From the NCBI GenBank assembly GCA_040954595.2, contig CM082596.2, positions 5,902,791-5,966,790 on the forward strand: a DNA stretch of 64,000 nucleotides. Reading direction: 5' to 3'. This DNA comes from Balanoglossus misakiensis. Lineage: Eukaryota > Animalia > Hemichordata. Positions 1-12,000 of the stretch are shown here, one piece after another. How positions within the stretch are numbered: the first letter of the stretch is position 1; each line of letters opens with the position of its first letter. The notes below the pieces were generated by a model. That model was not told the origin of the DNA. It was given only the letters and a program-made list of their open reading frames with translations, and ran no database searches. Made by a program: the position numbers and the translations under genes.

Positions 1-3000
1 GATGACACTCCCTCGTCTCAACGTCTGAGGAGTACAAGTTTACGTGGAGACGATTCTGATAGATCTCAGCCATCTCAGCATTCTCCAAGGGTTGACAGCC
101 CTGGTGTGAAGGAAATCGATCATGATGACATCAGTAAGGTTGCCAAGGCAACCACGGAAACAGCACCAAGTCCTAGGTAGGTGAAGGATCAGTGTCATCA
201 TTGCCAGTATCCTAGTAACAGTATAATGTAGTTGTAACTTTCATTTGTTTTGTCCACCGCATGTTTTGTCCATCAATAAAAAGACCGCAAATATGAAAAG
301 TTAATTTTCTGAAGGAAACAGGGTAAATTATTTGACAGATTGAGTATACATTGTACATTAAGATTAATTTAATGTGAAAGTTTCTTCCTGTTGTTGGTTT
401 GCGTGAAAACCCCTGGGGGGGACCTTTCATGTCATAAAATGATGTCATGGTATTTGCGGTGAGATGCATTCAAAGCGGAAATGTCCGCATCTTGCGTAGT
501 TCCACATCATATCGTGTCTCTGAAAAGATATCAATATTTCCTGCTTCTTAATGTACTCTGTGACATGATATCAACGTCCTTCACATTAATGGGGTTCAGC
601 CTGGACTGATCTGTATGTTTGCCTTGTGTTATATGTATTATCAAGTTGGTTGAATTATAAACAATGTGGACATCTTTGATGGATCAGTCTAGGATGGGGG
701 TATGTCTGGACTAAAATTTGAGCCCTGGAGCCCCAGATATACTTGTGTGGCCATGTTAAGCTAGCCCTGGTCCTACATGTAGTTTGAGCAAGATTAGACG
801 AGATGTTGTTGTTGGAAGATGTTGATAATTATATTTATGTCAAACCTGAGCATAAGGTACTGACTTCAAATGTGTGACTGTGAGTACATACCAGTACACA
901 GACCAAATCTTATCCCCCAGAGGATTAATTTTACCAGGGCCAAGTGCTAGATAAATTCTGTGTGTAAACAACAAAATTTCCTGCATCCTTGAGACATACA
1001 TCATTTCTCTGCATGTAACCGACTTTGCAGTTGTCTTTGCTGTCTATTACTTCACTTTCACTCTACAAAAATGCTCTGATTATTCATCAGGCAATAGTAA
1101 AACAAAGTTTGAAAGTTATGTAATTCTCCATAATATTATAATCATCATTATCATAGAATGCACTATCTGGTATCCTTTTTGTACTGTTCTCTTACTTTAA
1201 ATTGCCACTGAGGGCAGTCTATCGCAAACCTGCTATTGAAGGACAGAGAGGCAGTGTCTCCTGCTTGTCCTATCTCAGAACATATTATTTATAAAGCTTT
1301 CTTTTATCAAGGGAATATGTTTCTGATTTTTTTTGCACTTAGATGTCTGTTTTTCCACAAGCCCAGAATACAGCCCAAACTGGCAATCACACGTACAGTG
1401 TACTGTGGGAGTCTTGCAATAAGCATGATTTACCACATGCAACAGTTTTGTATTGCTGCATGTTCTCTGCATCTCATACTGGCTCTCTTTTCTCTCCATT
1501 GCATCTTTCTCCTTCATCTCTTCCCCTGTGGTATCTCAGGACCGCCACCAAGCCCAACATTTCACCCGAAACCCAACAGCTTGTTGACTCCTTAGAGTCC
1601 AAACGAGCAGCCCGTAGAGAAAGGTACTAGTACCCAACTGCAGTGAACAGAAACGCTTGGGATGTGTTTGGCAAATCTAAAAAGTCTGCATCATAGCATT
1701 TGAAGTTAGCACGCCTCATTTTCTTACATGTGTCATACACGTGCCTTACTATTATGATAATGTATCTGTTTTTTTCATAAAACCCAACCATTACAGAGGT
1801 AAAACTCTCTGGTTTCAGTGGTCCCGCATGTGAATGAACAACTTGACATGTGGGATTATCACAAAAGGAGAAGATATGCGCATAAATATTTGAATCCACA
1901 AGCATCTGCTGTGATAAATGGAAATGAGTTAAACATGTCTGAAAACATGCTGTATGCAAGTTCCGTACATGTGTATACCGATAAATCATTTATGTGAAAG
2001 CGTGACGCTGTTTGCAGACTTTTCTAAATTGCCATTTCCCGTAAACGCTCCAAGCAATTCTGTATCGGCAGTTCTGACTGCTAGTCAACCTAGATATCAT
2101 TTTGTCTTCACATCTTCATTTGTGATAATGACAAGTGTGTCAGCATGGCTTGGAAACAGAGTGGAAACTTACACCAATAACCAAAAGTTTGCAAATTTGA
2201 CAAACACAAACGCACCAGAAACATACCAGTTGTTACTGTGACTGTAACAGGACTTGCCCTGCAGTACATGCTTTGACAAGCATGTTTTGCCTGCAAGCTA
2301 TGACATAAAAACATCACTTTTTTGCACATGGACACAGCAGTCATTGTTTACCAGTGTGGTAAAATTCACAGATGTGAGTGACTGTTCCTTCTCACATATT
2401 GTAAGATATCTTGGAAAATATTACAGTACATTATTAAGTAATGTACATGTTACTCTATCTAAGTCATTATATTCAGAGGAATCTTTGACATCATTCTAAT
2501 GTCTACCAACCTCTAAGATTCATGTCCAGATTTTGCTGAGCAAGCAGTCACAAATGCAGTACTGTTGGTGTCCATCCTTGCATGGTATGCAGTGATCTCT
2601 CTCTGTCAGCCTGTCAGCTCACCTTTGATCCTCATCTCTCTCCAACTCTGAAAGAAAAAAGATCAGTTGTTTCTTTAGTATTGTGCGCATAATGCATGGT
2701 TTGTCACTGCCTTTTGCAGTTCTACAGTTGGTTGTAGTATTAAAATTGTCCTGAAAATGATGGTTTTCTTTTGCACTGTGAAGAATGGGAATCTGTTGGG
2801 GATGAGACAGGTTATTCAGTATATATGGATCATGTTTAGTTTTATTGGGTCATTCCATTCAGTTGGAACAGTTCATCGGCCAACACCAGAGTGATGATGA
2901 CCGATGGCTTGCCATCATCATCTCATCACCCTCTCACCACCACCAACTTTGGTCTAATGCAGCGGTTGGACACATACAGGAAAATGGGGGTTGCAAGGAG

Positions 3001-6000
3001 TAGTCCTATTCTCTTGAGAGTTGGTTTCCTCTAAGGGGCAAAACTGTTTTTTCAACATACATTTAGATTTTTAATTTAAGAATATCTTGGAAAAAGTAAT
3101 TGATAAGACAATCCACCAAGTTGTTCTATGCCTTGTTTCTACAATACAAGTAGAACTGCATGAAATGCTCAGTTCTTCTCTACACGGTGTGCACACCCAC
3201 TAGACATCTAATCCTGAGAAACTCATTGTTCTAGCGATTGAAAGCTTATTCAAAATTAACACTTCTCTGATTTATTCACAATATGTGATTAATTTCACAA
3301 GTGCACATTTTTCACATCAATTTTAATGGTTCCACGGAACAAGAAGTTTCTATTAACAGGTGAAAAAATGATACACTGCTAATTAATAATGTGTAATTAA
3401 AAGTGTGACATTTCTCTCGTTAGGATGAGACAAACAGAGGAGGCATCGTTTGATAGATCGACAGAGGGTCGACTGTCAAGGAGAAGATTGCGTAGGGAAG
3501 GAAGTGATGTCACCATGCCAGCTGCTACAGAAGGTAAGTCGGTGATAGATGCAGTTTCATTAGTGTTTTAAGTGCTTTAACAGAAAAAAAGAGCCTAGGT
3601 ATTTATACAACATTCCTATTAGATACGAAAACTTTTTGGGGCATTTTCAAATGATCTGATACAACATTGAGTCATGGTGGAGTATTAATTTGGTTCATTG
3701 TGTGATACTTCAATTAAAGCATTATTCATCATTGTTCAGTTCCAGAGACAAAAACAGAAGTGTCTCCAAGGACAGATGTAAGCTCTGCAGAGAGGAGGGC
3801 ATTGAGAGCCAAGTCTGCACCGTTCGAAGAACTGCCATCAGCCAGGAAAACGGCGTCTGAACTCCAGGAGTCTCCGGCTCCACACAGGGTGACAGAGAAC
3901 GACCAGCCGCACTCTTTGCATACAAGAAGACCCGTGCCGACTGACACAGAGCGTGTCAAGAGTACGCAAGGAGGTCCGTCCTCTCAAAATGTGCCTTCCG
4001 CGGACGTACGTACTGTTGAGCCCGAGATCAGCAAGAGGAGGTCGAGATCGATAGTAGAGGCTGAAAGGGCAGCTGCTCAGGTTGATGCGAGAACAACACA
4101 TACACACAAAGAGGATGAAACGCCAAGTCAACCAACTCATTCGCAAAAACAGGAGAGATTTTCAAAAGACGTAGAGCATGCGACCCATGCAAGACAGCAA
4201 AAACCTACCCCATCCCTGCAAGTGCAGGCACCCACCCCAACACTTGAGAAAGAGAAACCGACCTTTCCTGTGAAAACCACACAAGAACATCCTCCCTCCA
4301 GAACAGAAACCATCAGTGAAAGGAGACAGAGATTTTACCAAGTAGAGTCAGGTGCCAGCACTGAGTCGCCAGCTGCAGACAGGAGGCATATTTTCCAGAG
4401 CCGAGACTCTGAGACATCGATAGGATCGTCTACTGCACCCCTGGAATCCCCAAGCGATTCAGATTCCGTAGTGTCTTCCATTGCATCTGATATCGTCCGA
4501 GGAATGTCCCCCCGGAGTCTGGAAATATTGGAGAGGAGGAGGAAGAGAAAAGAGGAGAAGAAAGCAGCCAGGAGACGATCGACTTTGAACACTCCAGAGA
4601 AAGGTAAACTTTCTTACAAAATTTTGTTTTTCAACTGTTTCTCTAGTTGTTAATCTTTTCTGTGCTCTTTAAAAACAGTTGAAAATCAGTGTGAATGATT
4701 TCTGGATATTGGCAGTGTGTACTATTTATCACGTTCAAGCACAGTACTACATTTTAGACTGAGAAGTCTGTACAGCTGATCCTCCTATGGTTACTTTTCC
4801 TGTCACAGATGTTGAAGGAGTTTCAGCAGAGAGTGAAAGCGCTGAGAAATCCGGAGATGATTCTGACATCAAGCACACATTCAAAGGGAGGCAACACCAG
4901 CTGAGTCCTGCAAGTAGCTTTGACGAGGTGAAGAAAAATGAGAGTGACAAACAATCAACTGTTCAGCAAAAAGTAAGCTCTGCTGTTTGTCAGTGATGAA
5001 GTTCTGCACGGGGGAACTTTTCATGTTTAATGTTCGGTCACATGAAAATTGTGATCAGTTGCCCGTAACAGATATATACAAGTGGTTCAGTACAGTGTGA
5101 TGAAAAAAAGTCTTCTTTGCATTGTATACACATGTACAAAATAACAAAAGTAACATACTGTACTCAATATGGCCATAGATGGCGGACTTTCAGGATAATC
5201 CAGATGGTTGACAAGTGATTCTAAAATAGGCAGCTTCTCATTTGAGACATGAGCAATGATATCTTCTATTGCAAGAAGTGGCAATATTGTTTGGTGACAA
5301 TGATTTTCCTGTGTGATTTTTACAGACAGAGAAGCCGGAGAAAAAAGAAGAGCCTGAAGATGAAGTAGATGCTGGCAACCAAAAAGACGTCAAAGTTCAT
5401 AAGCAGCTGACATCACCAGATGAAACAACCGCTGCTGTGGTACTAAAGAAGGATGAAGTGGAACGCAGGAAGGCCCTTAGAGAGCAGGCAGTGCAGCAAG
5501 AAAGTCCAGCTGCTTCGGCCAAACCGGTGAAAAAGCAAGGACAAATCGCAGAGGGGAAGCAAACTAAGAAGTTAATGGAGAGGTTTGAGAAGGCTGCCAC
5601 CGAGCGGAAAGGTAAAGCTCTGGCTCAGAGGGTTGAGGAGAGTCAAGCTTTGCTAAAACAGGTGCCAAAGGAGACCGCTAAGAGCCCAGTCGAGAAAGAA
5701 CAGGAGAAGGCTAAAGAGCCAGAAAAAACAAAAGAACTGGTGAAACCTAAGGAAGAGGTTGCTGTTCCTGCAAAAGAGAAAGTTACTGTGAAGAAAGATG
5801 AGACAAAGCCTGAGCCCGTAACTGTGAAGAAGTTGGACCTTTCAAAAGAAAAGCCAAAGGAAGCCAAAGATCAGAGGAAGGAATCTGCAATGAAAGCAGT
5901 GGTTTCAGCTCAGAAAGACGAGAACGGGAAAAAACAACCAAGCAAGGGTGATGCTGATAAAACGAAAGTGATCGTCAGGCGCAGGGTCAAATCGCCAACC

Positions 6001-9000
6001 AAATCAGCCGAGCCTGTCAAGGTCAGGAAGCAGGCCGAGAATGAACAGAGGCGAGGGTCAATCTCATCAGATTCCTCCGCCTCCAGTTCAAGGTCCGGCA
6101 TAAGAAAGAAGGATGAAACAAGGAGACCTATCTCTCCGACGAAAAAGGAATTCGTCGGTCTACCTTCTAAAAAGTCATCTAGGAGGCCACTTTCAGACAC
6201 CTCGGCAGTGAACGCAAAGATTGACACAGGCCTGGGAAGTCGATCGGTCACCGACCCTGCCATCAGGAGTTCAAGGATTGAACAGAAACTGCAGGAGAAG
6301 GCGACGGAGAAGGTACAATCGCACACGCCGAGGAGAGCCGTGTCTCCAGAAAAGAAAGTGAAGGCAGACGCAAAGCAGGCCAGGGTAAACGGTACAGCCA
6401 AGAAAGAAACGGAAAGAAAACCAGCGTCCCGGCTAGGGCTGCAGAGAAAGGATTCCCCGCTCAGCAGCACGGACGAGGAGATGGCCGCTCAGAAGAAGCA
6501 CACCCGAAAGCGGCCCGTGATTCCGACCGTCTTGAAAGAAGCCGAGACCAGAAGGCATTCTCCGGAGCCGTGGCGCCGCAAGACCGCGGGATCAGACTCG
6601 TCGGATAGCGACAGCAGGAGACGGAGGTCCGTGAGGAGCTCGGGATCGGAAAAAGAGGATAGAGTGAAGCGACGGGAGGTCCAGACGCCAACAATAAAAG
6701 AGTCCAAAGCTGTCACCCCGAGAGGAAAGGAAGTCAGTAAGAGCAGGGGGAAAGAAGTGAAGCCAGCACAGGGTGAAGTGACAACAAAGAAAACCAAAGA
6801 GGTCCAAGAAGGACCAAAGGTTCAAGAAACATCGAAGGTGCCAGAAAGCGCCAAGACTAAAGAACCTAAGAGAGAAGAAACAGTAGAGAGCAAACCAACC
6901 CGGGTACATGCTAGATCTAAAGTAGATGGAACAGTGGAGAAAAAATCATCACCAGTCGAACACAAACCCAGAGTAGACGAGAAAGTACCAGTTGCGGAGA
7001 AGAGAGCAGCCCAAGTAGATACTAAACCCAAGCTGAGTGAGGAAATAGGAAAAAGTTCAACTAAGGCAGAGCAGAGAGCCGGTGAACAAGTTGAAAAGAA
7101 ACCAACCCATGTAGAAACCAAACCGATGGAAAGGCCCACTAAACTAGAAGTGAAATCTCCAGAAAGACACCCCATAGTAATGAAATCACCAAGTTTAGAT
7201 AGTCCCTCTGACAGAGACGTCAACAGAGGTTTTCTGTCCGTGGACAGAGGCAGCAAGTCATCGCTGAGGAGAACGTCGTCTTTTAAGACGAAGAAGGAGA
7301 TTGAGAAGGAAGAGCAGAAGTTGGATACAAAGAAGAGTGCGCTGTTGACAAAGGATACGCAGCTGTTGGAGCTGATGAGGGAGAGAGCTCGGAAAATCGA
7401 AGAGGAAGAGGATGAAGAGATGTTCCGGCAAGCGGAAGAGGAGCTCAGGTACGGGATGGCCTCTGACGAGAACCGGGAAGAGCTCACGCCCGAGCAGTTA
7501 GTCGAGAGACGGATCGAGAAACCCAAAAAACTGGACATCTCAATCTGGGAGAAGCAGACAGACAGCCCACCCACACAGGCAAGGCCTCAGCGACTCGGGA
7601 GGTTGAGGGGTCACCGGGGCAAAACCATCGACATCGGGGAGGTCAGGATGGCAGCCGAGGAAGCGGCCAGAGAGGCTGGCAAAAGAGTGGAGGAGTCGCC
7701 CAGGAAAGCTGTGGAAGAGAAAGGGCTCGAGGAGAGAAAGAGTGTGGACAGAGTGGAGGGAAAACCACCAAAGAAACCTGAAGTTGCATCTCAAGTAGCC
7801 GAGAAAAGTCCAGATAAGGAGGCCACGGTGAAACCAGCAGTGGAGAGGGTGCCCGTGCTAGACAGACGCAAGGAAATACGGTCGCACCAGGAAAAACTGG
7901 AAGACACTAAAAAAGTGGATGAAAAACCAACTGAAAGGTAAATTACCATCTATTTGAATGTCTTTAACCTGTTCTTTGCAAATTTGTACAGGACTGTGGT
8001 GTATGTCAGCATTGTCCACATTTATGTGGACTTAGAGCCTAACCGATGAGTTGAGGTGTGGCAGAAATATGACTTCAGTGAGAAAAGTTGCCCATTTTTG
8101 GTATTGTGGTCAACAATATTTGCACTTTAACATAGCGGCACTTGTTGGTTAGATTGTATGTTGAATGAGTTTTGTTGGTCTATTTCATGGACGGATGGGA
8201 CCAGTGGTTTTGTGTTTTTGCAGTTGTGGGTGTTCGTACAGACAAAACCACAAAGTACCTAAGGGTCATTTTTTCAAAGCAGTCTTTTGGCCAGGAATTG
8301 GTGGAAACTATGCTGAGTAACGAAAATGCTACTGGTGTGTGGTAGATTATTTCACAGGGCATTCACCTTTCACAAACTGACACTTCAACTCAGTCTTCTC
8401 TTTTCGCTTGCATCTTTCTCTCTTCCTCTTTCATGTTTCTCACTTCTCTCCATCCAAACCAACCGGCTCATTCTATTGTAGCATCCGATCCCCCACCACC
8501 TTTGAAGCCCTGATAGACTCCGATCATCACACGCCGACATCAGGCACCACCATGCAAATCGAGCACATGCCGCATGTGCAGATGACAAAGAGCCGACTAC
8601 GCAGACAGAGTCCAAGGTAGCTTTCTGTGAAATGCACTTGTATTTGCATGCGTGTGTGTCTCTCTCTCTCTCTCTCTCTCTAAAATACGTGGTTTTTACA
8701 CTAACAGCTTTGGTTTTTAGTGTGGCTTGCAGTTGCCTGATGCATTCATCTCTTAAGGATGTTTGCACACTATAAATAACATTCAACTTGTCTCTCCCCA
8801 TAGGATTACATTCAGCATTGCTAGAAAACCCATTTCTACCATGTAACGATAGATAAATTTCAATGTTAGGCTGTCAGTTTATAAAATTGTTGCTGATAGG
8901 CAATGTTATCTGCCTTCAGGAATTCTGAGCAGAAAAAATAACCCAAACCAACTCTGTAAATGATAAAACAGCCATCTGAATCACAACAATTGTTGATAAC

Positions 9001-12000
9001 ACACCACCTCTGCAATGGTTGTCAAGGTGCCATCTGGTCTTCAGTTGAAACCTATTCACATGTAAAAGTAATTGGCCAGACTCGCCTCATTTCAAGGTGA
9101 AGAGATTTCCTTATTTGTTAAATTTGAATCCACTATACAAGTAATGTAAATAAGATTTCCTTGGGATGTGCTGCTTTACTGTTTGGGTCTGCGTTTCAAA
9201 ACAGACTTGTGTCTGATTCTGATTTCTCTCCACCTTCTGCGACCATCATGTATTTAATTGGGGATTCATTCTCACCAGGTTGAAGGTTGAAATCCGTGAT
9301 ACAGGCTGGTATCAACAACACAGTTCTGATCTTTCTTATCATGGGTAATGAAATCACCCTAATTAGCATTCATTTGGTGAAGCGATACAGATACAGCCAA
9401 ACAGCATCATAGATATCACCTGCATCATAGATATCACCTGAAGCCAATAACAACACCTGTCTACCATTTCTCTGATATTATACCAGCCCTGCAGTTTCGA
9501 TAAATCATCTGGAATCTCTCTTGCTCATTCGAAAATAGTTTTAAATCTCCTACAAAATTAGGCTATAAAACATAAAAAGCAAAATGTACGTAAATCCTGT
9601 TATTTCGATTCATAAAATCTGTTCCATTCTGTAATATGCAATTGTAGGTGTTTAGATTCTACAAGGCATTTCTATATGATTTCCATATCCGTTTTCCCCT
9701 TTGCTTTGGTTAAACCCAAAATTTTGTCAACAGTGATATTTAATCCATCCATGACCATGAACATCGGGACTGAAAGGGTTCACGGAAGGCAACAAAACTT
9801 CAAGACGTGATCGAGCCAAAAGGCTAAGGTTTCAGCACGCACATCCCCCGGCACAAGAATCCCCTGTCAGGGCCATTGGCACAAAAAGTCAATCTGGTGA
9901 CTGTGTATGCTTTTTTTTCTATTTCAGCCAGTGTTTGTCAGAATGTTTTCACAGGCACACTCTACATATTTGTTGAGTGGCCATGGTTTTCATAAAAGCC
10001 TCAAAATCCTTCCCCACAGAATGAATGAATTTCTCCAGACGGTTTATACCTACACACAAACCGCGTCTTCAAATAACCACAGTGACAATATTAGCGAAAA
10101 ATAAATGGTTTGGGTTAGGACACTATCCTTTGAGGTTTAGATACTGTGCAAGCATTAAGCCTTATTACTTCAGACCTTATCAAAAGGAAAGAAAACACAA
10201 TTCAACAAAAGATTGCCAATACAAATACCCCCTTATTAAATCATCCTTAGCTCCCTATAAAATGAGTAACTATGGAATAACCTTCAACAGACCTATGGTG
10301 GGTTAGTTTACTTTGTTTGCAGCCCGGGGGTGGGAAGGTTGAAGATGGGCTGACTGTTTTGTTGAACGCAAAGTTGGTTTCTGAGCAAACTTAAAGGGCT
10401 CTTTTATGGCCATTCATCTTATATCATTACTATTATGCGGGGCTGTGTGTACATCGTAAAGACGTCTCCTTCAAGTAACAGTGCCCAAGTCCTTGTGGTT
10501 TGGATCTGTAGGCGCACACTGCTTATTAACTTTGCGAGATCAACATGTCTATATAGCCCCAGCCATGGCGCTGAACCAAAACTCAGTCGACTTCGTTGAC
10601 CAAAACTGCAACGAGCAGATCGTCAAGAAGCGTGTTCGGATATTAGTAGATGCTTTCGATAAAATCTGCACCACTAATGGGGTGAGTCGAGTCTCCCGGC
10701 AAACAGGCAACAGACCCTCCGTCAGGTATGTCAGCATGATGATCTGTCAATCCTCGCATTTAATAATGTCAAGATTTTAATCGGGATTTCGCAGCTTATC
10801 AGAAAAATCTCCTAAATGCCGCTTGTGTGTGTGTGAGCCTTCTTCTCACATTTAACCGAAAATTCTTTGAGGATCATCGGTGGTGTGGGAGGTTTAATTT
10901 AAAACTTGTAGACAGAGTCATATATCTTCACTTAAAGACCCTCTTCAAGATTGTTAGGTCAGTGAGTAGAATGGGGTAGTGTAATAATTTTGAGGTTTTA
11001 TGCGACAGTAACATTTTCAATTACTGTGAGAAAAACGCACAGAGAACTGCATTTATATGTTTTGCCTAGAGTGACTAAGATTCACTTAAAAGACAAAAAA
11101 GAGCAGAAAAATGAATGATTTGACACAGATCTTTAGCCTGTCTCAGCAACATGACCCGTCAGATGAAAAATTGTCCCCAGTTTATGTAATTTTTACCAGC
11201 ATCTTGTAATAATATCCAGTACCTGGTACCTTATCCAGTACTGTACACAGATATGTTTGTCTACAGTCTGACCGGCCAATGTTTTTGTGTGCAGTCGGAA
11301 TGGCCGCTCTGTATAGCCATAAGTCTTTTGTCATTTTAGTCCTCTCAAAATTTTATATAGGTTTTTTCAATTTGACCACACCTTCTTCACAATAGGCTTT
11401 CACAAACACCTGTCAAATTTCTATTAGCTTTCAAACAAATGTTGATCTAGGTTCGTGATAGAAGGAAAGTGTGACGTAAATTGGAGCCAGAGCAAACTCT
11501 ATAACTACTTACAAAGATTTCACATATCAAGTCACAAATTAGAGAATTTTATCACCATTATATACAGCCTGTCACTAGTGTTCAACCATACTCACTCAGA
11601 TTATAAACAAGGAAAAGCTGACGCAAGCCAGGGACGACTTACAAACGAGGAAATGTTCAAATCGAGTGGCATAGTAATTTATCATAGAACAAGTGTTTTC
11701 TGAATGTTCACAGAAACTTTTCACAAGATTGCAAGCACAAGTCATATAGTATTCTCTGTATGGTTCAGCACTGACTATTATAGTCCCTGTCAACAGGTGG
11801 CTCAATATACCTGATAATATTACTAGGTAGGCATATTCTCTGGCGCCTTTAAGATAAGATACTGAGATATCCCAGCGTTGATTTGGATGTGAGTATCGCA
11901 GATGTTAGGCATTCCTACCCACTGTAGTCAAAACAAGCTTGCTACGAATGTTAATTAAATGTACTTCACAGTTGATTAGTCACCAGATACAGTCCTTACT

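Noticed and set aside
5643-7794. Long minus-strand ORFs (186 aa, 250 aa and others) over the giant exon
   Set aside because: S/F/L-rich antisense shadows of the K/E-rich supervillin frame.
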